DNA of 64,000 nucleotides from Gammaproteobacteria bacterium (GTDB lineage Bacteria; Pseudomonadota; Gammaproteobacteria; S012-40): NCBI GenBank assembly GCA_029883265.1, contig JAOUJM010000001.1, positions 10,511 to 74,510 of the forward strand, read 5' to 3'. Shown piece by piece: positions 9,749 to 17,853 of this stretch (position 1 is its first letter; each line of letters starts with the position of its first letter). The notes under the pieces were generated by a model. It saw only the letters and a program-made list of their open reading frames with translations, ran no database searches and was not told where the DNA came from. The position numbers and the translations under genes were made by a program.

Positions 9749-10509
9749 GGTTTACCTTGTGTCTTAAGATAGTTTTCAATAAATTGCACGGTGGTTCCAT
9801 GCCCCTTAGTCGTATTGTAATAGACTTTCCAGTCCTGCGCATAAGAGTGAGCACCAGGTGATTCAATGAAAGATAGTTGACTTCTATATCTCCAATATTG
9901 TAAACCAGCCATCGCTGCAGCATATTTATCATTATTTCGGAGTTCAGAATGCAAATCACCACCATTTGTGAAGCTCATTACTAACTTTGCTATTTTGGGT
10001 TTATATGCAAGGACATTTGCCCATATATCATCATGCGTATTCGGTTCCATTTGAAACAAACCTTTTGCAGGGCCATTACTAAATTGATCCCTGTATTTAA
10101 GCGAACTTTCTTGCGCAGCAGTACCAACTAGAACTTCTTGGAATTCGGTTCGGTATTTTGAAAAAGTTTTGTCTATTTTCCCGAGCTCATCAATGGCAGG
10201 TTTAATCGAGTTAGTAAGCAAAGCATCTGCTTTCTTCTTGAAATGAAGATTATTATTAAACGTATATTTCTCAAGTTCATCCAAGTCAATTTTATACCCT
10301 GATGAATCGAACAAGGACCCCTCCCCAAACGTTCCATCTTGAGGCGCTAAGCTAAGAAGATACTTCGCTACTTCAGTATTGTCACCCCAATCAACGTCGG
10401 GCAACTCGTTTTTATCAAGAACCGCGTTTTGGCCCACACTGGCCAGCATGTTTGAACCAACTGGGTTATTTTTCCTAGGGGCAGAGTTTTGGACGCTTAC
10501 TGGAACTAC
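9745..10509 (-). CDS. Toxin module I: lytic-transglycosylase (SLT/lysozyme-like) domain carried as transposon cargo. The junction reads VVP-VSVQNSAP.
   Basis: Motif AAQESSLKYRDQFSNGPAKGLFQMEP matches the SLT signature ES...GxxGLMQ..P. The frame is open from the IRR through to 9745. Confidence 0.6.
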   Translation of the reverse strand, partial: VVPVSVQNSAPRKNNPVGSNMLASVGQNAVLDKNELPDVDWGDNTEVAKYLLSLAPQDGTFGEGSLFDSSGYKIDLDELEKYTFNNNLHFKKKADALLTNSIKPAIDELGKIDKTFSKYRTEFQEVLVGTAAQESSLKYRDQFSNGPAKGLFQMEPNTHDDIWANVLAYKPKIAKLVMSFTNGGDLHSELRNNDKYAAAMAGLQYWRYRSQLSFIESPGAHSYAQDWKVYYNTTKGHGTTVQFIENYLKTQGKP

Positions 10510-11168
10510 AAATAGTTAGATTTTTCCAATTCCCACCATTCCAAAAATAAACTCCAGTCATACCAGCTAACAACGGTACCATCGTAAGGCTCGCTTATCC
10601 TAGTACTACAAAATTGCTTACCAGCCAAAGAACTTATTTTTTCTAATGCTAAATCTCTAAGCTCGTAAAAATAATCGCTGTTCATCCCTTTCTCTGCAGC
10701 ATAATCATCTTGCCTAAAATGTATCAAAGGAGATATTTCTCCTTTTTTTGCATAAGTATAATAATGATACAAAGCTATCCTTCTATACCCCAAATCATCT
10801 GAAATAAGATAATCCGCCATTATTTCTCTATAATTAGGATAGTTATCCTTTAACCAAACAAATAACTCTAAAGCTTGATAACAAACATATTTACTTTCAT
10901 GCTTTAAAAGTTTTTCCAATCTACCCACTAAATATTTAAAAAAATCAGTACCGAATGTACCAGGCTTATTCTTTTCTAGAAGCGCGTTTAGAAAAAGAAA
11001 CCCTGTTGATATATCAGCTTGGTCATCAGACGATAAACAATTATGTACCCCCTGTATTACGACTGAGTTTATACCCAGCTTTTGAATATCCGAATGGGTA
11101 AGAGTACTAGTATCCACACCAGTAGCATCTGATAGCAATTTTCTCAGTTCCTCTGATGGGTTCATCAT
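10506..11168 (-). CDS. Immunity-like protein for module H (220 aa)
   Basis: ATGA overlap with the toxin H stop. Confidence 0.5.
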   Translation of the reverse strand: MMNPSEELRKLLSDATGVDTSTLTHSDIQKLGINSVVIQGVHNCLSSDDQADISTGFLFLNALLEKNKPGTFGTDFFKYLVGRLEKLLKHESKYVCYQALELFVWLKDNYPNYREIMADYLISDDLGYRRIALYHYYTYAKKGEISPLIHFRQDDYAAEKGMNSDYFYELRDLALEKISSLAGKQFCSTRISEPYDGTVVSWYDWSLFLEWWELEKSNYL

Positions 11169-11596
11169 GGTCTAGTTATCCATTTAAGCTCATTGACAAA
11201 TAATGATTCAGTATCAATTTGTTTCACAAAATCAGAATGAAGTTCTTTCGGAATATATGTTTGAGTACCTGATCCACCTTTCACTCCTCCCTGCCAAGCT
11301 TGAAGCCCAGGCTTGATCTCAAACACTCCAAGTTGCTCGGCATTATTTCCCCATGCTTTGATATTAAACAACTCTTCTGCATCCATTGAGTTCAATGGCT
11401 TCATATTACTAAAGAATTCTCCAGTACCGCGTTGACCTTGTCTCTGAGCTTGGAAATACAGACCTGGCTTAACTTCCCCAAACCCTTTAGTTGAAAAAGA
11501 ATCAAGCTTAGATGCACTTATATTTCCAGGTGCAATCAGGCTCGGTGATGGACCTGACTCAGGTATTACAACTGAAGATTTATTGTTTGGAACTAC
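11165..11596 (-). CDS. Orphan toxin module H (junction VVPNN); function unknown
   Basis: The ORF at 11165-11404 extends in frame to the junction at 11582-11596. Confidence 0.5.
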   Translation of the reverse strand, partial: VVPNNKSSVVIPESGPSPSLIAPGNISASKLDSFSTKGFGEVKPGLYFQAQRQGQRGTGEFFSNMKPLNSMDAEELFNIKAWGNNAEQLGVFEIKPGLQAWQGGVKGGSGTQTYIPKELHSDFVKQIDTESLFVNELKWITRP

Positions 11597-12021
11597 CTTT
11601 TTATAGCAGTTCCTTTAACAATTATATCCTCACCTACTTTCTCAATTGAATCTATAGAGTTAATTACATAGTTTGCAACGTCATTATCTTCATCTAAAGC
11701 AATATCAAGAATATCGAACTTATGGTAAGCATAAAGATATTCAAATAAAGATGCGCCTTCGATATCTATGAATTCAGATAATAACGGATAATCAGTAGCC
11801 CCCGGATATGGGGGCTCAAAATCACCAGCAATCTCGTCATCTTCTCTAAGTTCTTCAACACCATCATTGTACAAAGGTGTGAGCTTTTCTATAAAAACTC
11901 CTTTAGCAAATTTAATTTCGTAGCGGAAAGTCTCAAAGCCATCCCCTTTTCCGAAGCTAAATTGGCTAAACGTTAACGCATTGGAATCAATGTTCTTACC
12001 ATCTACACTATATAAAATCAT
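11593..12021 (-). CDS. Immunity-like protein for module G (142 aa, acidic)
   Basis: Lies directly after the toxin G stop. Confidence 0.5.
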   Translation of the reverse strand: MILYSVDGKNIDSNALTFSQFSFGKGDGFETFRYEIKFAKGVFIEKLTPLYNDGVEELREDDEIAGDFEPPYPGATDYPLLSEFIDIEGASLFEYLYAYHKFDILDIALDEDNDVANYVINSIDSIEKVGEDIIVKGTAIKR

Positions 12022-12023
12022 CT

Positions 12024-12539
12024 TTAACTTCCCGGAGGTAGAATAATAATTTTGCCATCAGGCGTTATCGTAATTGATCCAGATGGAATATATGGTTGAC
12101 CAGCTTTCAAGTCTCCACCAGCTCTAGTCCCAGATCTTTGGAAAAATTGCTCTGGCGTTGTCATTGTTTCTATAGTTTTTGTACTTTTACCAGGAACAAT
12201 AGTAAGTTCTTCCATTTTTAAGAAATTTGGATTATCAGCTGCGGCTTTATTGACGTTTTTAATTATTCTTTGAGCTTGCTTTTCAGATAAGCTACCGAAA
12301 CCGACATCAATATCACTACCTTTGCCGAAATCGCCTCTTATTCGGCTACCACCAAATACTACTGTTGAATTTCTTTTTAGCCCCTGCTCTAAAATTAACG
12401 TAGCTTGCTCAGTTGTCAAATCAGGTACATGCTTTGATAAAAATGCAGACTGTTCTGCAATGCCTGATGTGGTTAATGTAGTTTGCTCAGGATATGCATT
12501 AAATACAGATTTATCTGTCCAGCGTGTGTTTGGAACTAC
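12024..12539 (-). CDS. Orphan toxin module G (junction VVPNT): minimal nucleotidyltransferase (Pol-beta superfamily) fold
   Basis: Motif VVFGGSRIRGDFGKGSDIDVGF fits the G[GS]-x(9-13)-DxD signature of that fold. Confidence 0.55.
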   Translation of the reverse strand, partial: VVPNTRWTDKSVFNAYPEQTTLTTSGIAEQSAFLSKHVPDLTTEQATLILEQGLKRNSTVVFGGSRIRGDFGKGSDIDVGFGSLSEKQAQRIIKNVNKAAADNPNFLKMEELTIVPGKSTKTIETMTTPEQFFQRSGTRAGGDLKAGQPYIPSGSITITPDGKIIILPPGS

Positions 12540-12985
12540 TTATCTGTATAATACCATTCTAGAAAATCGAAAAAACTTTTGTATATCGGTTGCAACATCC
12601 TCTTGGAGAGTTTTTCCTCTTCTCCCCAGCTCACATCAAATACTTCATCGCTAACTTTGCTATAAAAATAGCTCCCCTCACCTTCAATAGACGAAATACG
12701 TAAATAATCTTCCATTCCTGGCAGTGAGCTATATTCACCTGATTCAGCATCTTCAATAATTTTTTCCAAAGTGCTAATTTCGCTACCGTTACCCACTACT
12801 GGGATAGCCACCAAAGTATAAAAATCAATAAAGGCAGAGTCAGCATTTCTTATTCCCAACTCTTTCTCAAAATAATTCTTGTCATCTTGCGTAACTATAA
12901 ATTTTCCATCTTGTGCAGAAAAAACGCCGTCATAACACCACTTCAGGTTAGACTTATAGAAGTTTGAGACAATGTCCGGTAACAA
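12536..12985 (-). CDS. Immunity-like protein for module F (149 aa)
   Basis: Lies directly after the toxin F stop. Confidence 0.5.
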   Translation of the reverse strand: MLPDIVSNFYKSNLKWCYDGVFSAQDGKFIVTQDDKNYFEKELGIRNADSAFIDFYTLVAIPVVGNGSEISTLEKIIEDAESGEYSSLPGMEDYLRISSIEGEGSYFYSKVSDEVFDVSWGEEEKLSKRMLQPIYKSFFDFLEWYYTDK

Positions 12986-12986
12986 T

Positions 12987-13544
12987 TTAACGACCTCCGC
13001 TATTCGTTATCTCGATTAGTCGCTGTTGCCAATAGATTTTTCTGTCAATATCAAAAGCTGATCTATCAACAGGATATGTTGGATGTTGACTTTGAGTTGG
13101 CCCAGATCCCGCGCCATTCATTTCACGCCCTCTATTGGTTTTGTATGGGTGCAATGCCTCACCTCCTTGGCCTGTTTTTGACCGATGCGTTAAATCACTT
13201 AGTTCAAACAGAGGACCGTTCGCATTTTGGCGACTAAGATGCAATTCAATGCGAGACTGTACACCATTCTTCAGAACATAAGGAGCATTTCCCACTTCCA
13301 ATAGCTCCCTATTTGTAGTTGTATAGGTCCTTTTGGTTTTTGGATTGGTAATTTTTACCACTAAATCGGGATCAATTTCTTGTTGAAAGACTTTGTATTT
13401 AATCCCTGTCCCATTTACTGGGGCTACCCACACAGCTTCGGTTTTAAAATAACTAGGATTCTTGGCGTTTTTCGCCCGTAGCGCAACAAAGTCTATCTTA
13501 TTCGGTTCTACTGCTCCCTCAAGTTCATATTTGTTTGGAACTAC
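12987..13544 (-). CDS. Orphan toxin module F (junction VVPNK): HNH/colicin-DNase-like motif
   Basis: Segment ..RIELHLSRQNANGPLFELSDLTHR.. resembles the ELHH..N..H beta-beta-alpha-Me pattern. The call is weak. Confidence 0.4.
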   Translation of the reverse strand, partial: VVPNKYELEGAVEPNKIDFVALRAKNAKNPSYFKTEAVWVAPVNGTGIKYKVFQQEIDPDLVVKITNPKTKRTYTTTNRELLEVGNAPYVLKNGVQSRIELHLSRQNANGPLFELSDLTHRSKTGQGGEALHPYKTNRGREMNGAGSGPTQSQHPTYPVDRSAFDIDRKIYWQQRLIEITNSGGR

Positions 13545-14254
13545 TTATTAAAAAGCGCCTTCCTCAAGACTTTCTGAGCTTCTGCCTCTTCACCTGTAGA
13601 CTCTTTAAAGCATTCATCCTGTACATCAAGTTTAAGTACGCTTCCTAAATCAGAGACACATTCCATAGCAAAATTATCTGCCCCTATATCCCTCAAAAGA
13701 TCCTTACTCATCCACATAGTAGAACCAACACATTCAATATACCCATTCTTCAGATCCCATCGCCCTGGGTTCCTAGAAATATCAATCACTTCACTTTCAA
13801 GAGGAAATGGCAAACCATTGCTCTTCTTCGGTAGATTCGAATGATCTCGTCCTTCGGACTCATAGTAAGCAATATCTTCCATGTTTTGCCAACGGTCATA
13901 TTCTCCATCATATAACCTAGCCTGAACAAAAAACGGGTCATTTACTATTTGAGTAACCCATTTTTCTGCATACTCTTTAGACGCAGCTAGATTCTTTATA
14001 TCTAACCTGGAGAAATCCAGATCTGCTATATATGAAAACTCAATACTCCCCCCATCAAGCTCAATAAAGAAGCTATCGGCCTTATTCTTAAGAAGAGTTT
14101 CCGAAACATCAGTAAAACCTAGTTCTTTGCCAGTGAATCCATCCGCCACTTTTTTATCGGCATATATTTGTTTAAATTCTTCGGTAAGCTTATTCCATAA
14201 CTTATAAGCTTCAGCGTAAGCTTTACCTCTAAGAACAATTTCAATTTGTACCAT
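13541..14254 (-). CDS. Immunity-like protein for module E (237 aa)
   Basis: Start lies 6 nt after the toxin E stop. Confidence 0.5.
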   Translation of the reverse strand: MVQIEIVLRGKAYAEAYKLWNKLTEEFKQIYADKKVADGFTGKELGFTDVSETLLKNKADSFFIELDGGSIEFSYIADLDFSRLDIKNLAASKEYAEKWVTQIVNDPFFVQARLYDGEYDRWQNMEDIAYYESEGRDHSNLPKKSNGLPFPLESEVIDISRNPGRWDLKNGYIECVGSTMWMSKDLLRDIGADNFAMECVSDLGSVLKLDVQDECFKESTGEEAEAQKVLRKALFNK

Positions 14255-14259
14255 GATAA

Positions 14260-14675
14260 TTATTCACCAAACTCTTTAATAATTACTGGAATATTTCGCT
14301 GCTTGCCATACTCAATTAAATGCTTCGCATCATTAAAACCACCTGGCTGAACCCTAATATCCAATATTTTCGTTGCCGGAACGTCGGAAACGGTAATGGT
14401 AGTCTTTTGCAAGTGGTCGATATGAGATCTCATATCATACTCCCAAGATTTACCACCAGTATTAACCGTTTTCAGACTAACAACATTGTTTCCTTGTTGG
14501 AAATCAATCGAAGGGAAGTTATTAGACTTAAATGGTTCGCCAGTTTTTGGGTTAATAGAGTTATCGGAACGAGCCCAATCTTTATAATCTGTTTCTGTAA
14601 GGTGTGACTCAATCTGTCTACCACGAACCTTCGGATCTAGATCCCAAACTTCTCTGCCTAACTTGTTTGGAACAA
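14260..14675 (-). CDS. Orphan toxin module E (TAA in frame, then VVPNK); possible PD-(D/E)xK-like nuclease. It is not in the ORF track.
   Basis: Hand translation is VVPNKLGREVWDLDPKVRGRQIESHLTETDYKDW...SIDFQQGNNVVSLKT...IKEFGE, ending in a stop at 14260-14262. Confidence 0.45.
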
Positions 14676-14676
14676 C

Positions 14677-15075
14677 TTATCGCACAGTTACACTCCAAGA
14701 AAAGTCTGGATATCCATCATTTTCTGTGACTCCTAAGACCAGCTTTTTGGCACCTATCACGCACCTAATTTCGCCTAACTCTTCACTTATCTCATTAGGA
14801 TGTAGCAGATCAACGAACTGCCTATAAAATGGCTCGGTATTTTTCGACTTCAAAATTAGAGTTAGCGCGTCTTTTAAACCAGGACTATTACTCTCCACAA
14901 CAGCATTTGGAGTATCAACAGACAGCATAACTGGATTCATGCTTGAAGACAGAACACGTCCTATAAACAACTCACACAAAGATAACGCGCTTTCTGACGC
15001 CTCATTCAATTTGGGCGGAAGAATTATATCGACGGTTTTTTTGTTTTCACCAGTATTCATAGCACCTTCTTCCAA
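14677..15075 (-). CDS. Second immunity-like protein in cassette D (132 aa), or an orphan immunity gene
   Basis: Its stop codon is followed in frame by the junction E VVPNK. Confidence 0.4.
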   Translation of the reverse strand: MEEGAMNTGENKKTVDIILPPKLNEASESALSLCELFIGRVLSSSMNPVMLSVDTPNAVVESNSPGLKDALTLILKSKNTEPFYRQFVDLLHPNEISEELGEIRCVIGAKKLVLGVTENDGYPDFSWSVTVR

Positions 15076-15293
15076 CCCCCTCGAAAAGCTTGGTCAGGAA
15101 ACTCTAATACCCATAATTGTCCACAGTGTTTGCACTTGTATTGAATTTTTATAAATGGCCCTGAATGATCTATTTGTCCGTAACTTTTCAACTCGCCCAT
15201 TTCAACCATCTGGGCAATCCGCTGCCGAAATTCAACGAATTCCTTCTCAGAATTAAACCGTTCTTGGCACAACTCGCAGACTACACAACTCAT
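15057..15293 (-). CDS. Immunity-like zinc-ribbon protein for module D (78 aa; CxxC...CxxC)
   Basis: Contains CVVCELC and CKHCGQ pairs. ATGA overlap with the toxin D stop. Confidence 0.45.
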   Translation of the reverse strand: MSCVVCELCQERFNSEKEFVEFRQRIAQMVEMGELKSYGQIDHSGPFIKIQYKCKHCGQLWVLEFPDQAFRGGWKKVL

Positions 15294-15793
15294 GGCTTCA
15301 ACCTAAAGATGTGGGTATCCTCTATGGGTACTGGATCAAGCAAGAATTGAGTCCATCCTCCCTGTCCAGCTTCTGGATAGGAATTTGTATAAACCTCCCA
15401 CCCTCGTGTTCCTTCATTTCCAAATGGCCTTGCGACACTAAATCCGCGGACCTTATCTACGGGGATCGCGACACCATAAGTTGGTTCTCCCCACTCAGGC
15501 TTGATTTGAGCACCGCGAGCAATAGCACCACTGGAGTGCGAAAATTCTGTTGTTGAGTAGCCACGAACACTTCCATAACGCAGAGACTTATCAAGACCGT
15601 CTTCAGATAGATATCTAAAAATAAAATCCTGACTTTCTATAGACTCGGAGAGACGGCGTTCGTAGTTCAACTGCGAAAGCTTGTCAATCCTACCTGCACG
15701 CTCTTGCGGGCTTAGGTGACCATACTTTTCTTTCAGTGCTAATGAGCTTGCTCTCGCATCCAGAACAACCTGCGGTGCATTGTCTGGAACAAA
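15290..15793 (-). CDS. Orphan toxin module D (junction FVPDN); possible ADP-ribosyltransferase-like domain (R / STT / E positions)
   Basis: Segment ..RYGSVRGYSTTEFSHSS...GWEVY.. The assignment is weak. Confidence 0.4.
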   Translation of the reverse strand, partial: FVPDNAPQVVLDARASSLALKEKYGHLSPQERAGRIDKLSQLNYERRLSESIESQDFIFRYLSEDGLDKSLRYGSVRGYSTTEFSHSSGAIARGAQIKPEWGEPTYGVAIPVDKVRGFSVARPFGNEGTRGWEVYTNSYPEAGQGGWTQFLLDPVPIEDTHIFRLKP

Positions 15794-16264
15794 TCACAAC
15801 AAGCCAAATTTTTCACCCTTACCAATTACTTCAATCGTAACTGAGTAGTCGGACTTTTTTATAGAAACATGTTCTATCAAACCATCAGTTAAATTCTCTA
15901 CACAAAAATCAATTTTTTCCGATTCACTTTTTGGCAAGAAAACCTTATCAGAATACTTTGCCAAATAAGGTAACTTTTTAACTATTGGAATCCTCAATAA
16001 CGGTGTGAGTTCTCTAAATACATCCAGGAATTTGTCGCTATCCAGAGAAGGAGATAAAATTTTCAAAGCTCTTTGAAAACTTCCGATATTTTCGTTTGCC
16101 ACAAAATCATCAAAACTTTTACCGGAAACTATAGCAACCTTTCTAGTGGGTAGGCTTTTACCTTGCCAAATAGTAAGAAACGCTTTAGAAAACTCAATCG
16201 TTCTTAATTTCTCTGGCTCTTCTTTTAAAAAATCTTTTGCCAAATTAATGCTCATATGCGTCAC
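15794..16264 (-). CDS. Immunity-like protein for module C (156 aa)
   Basis: Starts 4 nt after the toxin C stop. Confidence 0.5.
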   Translation of the reverse strand: MTHMSINLAKDFLKEEPEKLRTIEFSKAFLTIWQGKSLPTRKVAIVSGKSFDDFVANENIGSFQRALKILSPSLDSDKFLDVFRELTPLLRIPIVKKLPYLAKYSDKVFLPKSESEKIDFCVENLTDGLIEHVSIKKSDYSVTIEVIGKGEKFGLL

Positions 16265-16267
16265 CTT

Positions 16268-16792
16268 CTATTTAAAACCATAGATGGTTTTTATTCTATC
16301 CCATGCATCAAACCGTGTAGCCAGACTACCATTTTCTCCTAATAAAACCCTATTTTCATATATGGTTCCTAGTTCTGGTTTTCCTATGCTGTCTGCAAAC
16401 TTTTGTTCAGCTAGGAATGCTCTCGCCTCAAGATAAGACTTATTAGACATATTTTTCACACCGGAAATATCATCGAAAAAGTGTTGCCCTTCATGTGCAG
16501 TAATTGTAGCAGCTCGTTTTAACCCAGTATTTCCGGTATAAATTAGATCTTGGTTTAACTCAATTTGATTTGTACCAGGAAAATACCGACCATTAAGCCC
16601 ATCTAATTTCGAATAAACAATCTCAACTTTTCCATTTTGAATAGCAGTTGCCAATTTAACTGATCTAGCATCCCCAGTTTCCAATATACGGCTAATCATT
16701 TGAGGAGAAGGCGCTTGATTTCCGTTCGCTAACCTAACTCCATCACCCCCAAACATTACTTTACTTTCTAACTGAAGGTTGTCTGGAACAAC
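16268..16792 (-). CDS. Orphan toxin module C (junction VVPDN): HExxH zinc-metallopeptidase-like domain
   Basis: Motif TITAHEGQHFFDD. Confidence 0.55.
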   Translation of the reverse strand, partial: VVPDNLQLESKVMFGGDGVRLANGNQAPSPQMISRILETGDARSVKLATAIQNGKVEIVYSKLDGLNGRYFPGTNQIELNQDLIYTGNTGLKRAATITAHEGQHFFDDISGVKNMSNKSYLEARAFLAEQKFADSIGKPELGTIYENRVLLGENGSLATRFDAWDRIKTIYGFK

Positions 16793-16814
16793 CTAATCCC
16801 AAACATCAGTCAAG

Positions 16815-17096
16815 CTAACAAACAGACTCTAGATCCTTGATTAAAACCATAACCTGATCCTGATTACATTCAACAAAGAAACTGTCGATAGTAGAAGTTG
16901 TTTGCAAAGTAATAGATTGCTTAGCTTTAAGCTTTTCTGCTAGTTCTTTTGTTACATCTTCACGATTAGAATTAGTTATATGTACCGAACACACATCCTT
17001 ACCATAAACAACCATAGCTTCGTAGGAATCTTTTAAAGACCACCATTCTCGACGATCTAAAACTCCAGCTGCCTGTTCTCTTATTAAATTAGCCAT
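16815..17096 (-). CDS. Immunity-like protein for module B (93 aa)
   Basis: Start overlaps the toxin B stop. Confidence 0.5.
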   Translation of the reverse strand: MANLIREQAAGVLDRREWWSLKDSYEAMVVYGKDVCSVHITNSNREDVTKELAEKLKAKQSITLQTTSTIDSFFVECNQDQVMVLIKDLESVC

Positions 17097-17563
17097 CAGT
17101 CTACCCTAATATTATCTGTAGAGTTGAATATGCTGCGCTGCCCAGCACTATTCAAGATCAAACTTTGACTTTGTTGCTGCCTAAATATATCCAATACCAT
17201 ACGATCCCCGGGCCAGCCTGATGCATCTAGTTTAATGTCTGTCGTTCCGGGATGAGTATGACCAGACCACTTATAGCCTTTATCAGCCAAACCTTGTAAT
17301 TCAGATTTGGTTAATGGAACACCTCCAGCATTCCCTCTAAACACTAGGCGTTGACTACCATTAGTAAACAAAGCAAACTCATCACCTGTCTTTGCCGTAA
17401 GCGCTGCCAGATCAGTCACGCTTATTTGCTTCTTATGAAGAGTTGTACTTGATAATGTATCTGGTAATTGACCCAAAACCCGTTGTTGACGCTTTGACAA
17501 ATCGCCAAAGCCCCAAGCTATTTCGCTAGGAGAACTAGCTGAAATCGTCTTGTTTGGAACTAC
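17096..17563 (-). CDS. Orphan toxin module B (junction VVPNK); GHTHP-x9-S-x4-D motif as in module M
   Basis: Hand translation VVPNKTISASSPSEIAWGFGDLSKRQQRVLGQ... continues in frame into the ORF at 17096-17500. Confidence 0.5.
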   Translation of the reverse strand, partial: VVPNKTISASSPSEIAWGFGDLSKRQQRVLGQLPDTLSSTTLHKKQISVTDLAALTAKTGDEFALFTNGSQRLVFRGNAGGVPLTKSELQGLADKGYKWSGHTHPGTTDIKLDASGWPGDRMVLDIFRQQQSQSLILNSAGQRSIFNSTDNIRVD

Positions 17564-17853
17564 ATACTAAATCCGCTTTTCCAATCACTTTTAGTAGTAG
17601 GATCCGACCTCATTTCTTCTAAGAAGAACTCACACGCTGAGCTTTCATCCTCAAAACACTCTTTGCCAGTCTGCAATCCTCTCTCACTATAATAAACACA
17701 CCACCGGCCATTTTCACAACGCAAGCACAACGCCTCGTCCTTTTGTTCCTCCTCCAATGAGTAAGAGCTAGGATTAAATTTCTCCTCACTCAACTTTCTT
17801 TGAAGATCATCTTTATTCATGCAATATCCCTCATCATTTTGTAACGCGCTCAA
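17560..17853 (-). CDS. Immunity-like protein for toxin A (97 aa, cysteine-rich)
   Basis: Overlaps the toxin A stop by about 20 nt. Confidence 0.5.
   Translation of the reverse strand: MSALQNDEGYCMNKDDLQRKLSEEKFNPSSYSLEEEQKDEALCLRCENGRWCVYYSERGLQTGKECFEDESSACEFFLEEMRSDPTTKSDWKSGFSM

Larger units (their letters stand above)
6847..10500 (+). mobile_element. IS66-family cargo transposon 1 (3654 bp). Layout is IRL, tnpA, tnpB, tnpC, then on the opposite strand a signal-peptide immunity gene, a lytic-transglycosylase-like toxin domain, and an IRR that encodes VSVQNSAP.
   Basis: IRL at 6847-6869 is GTAAGCGTCCCAAACTCCGCACC. IRR at 10478-10500 is the reverse complement of GTAAGCGTCCAAAACTCTGCCCC (20/23 match). 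The flanks (cagtgata and tggaacta) are not a matching duplication. Confidence 0.7.
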
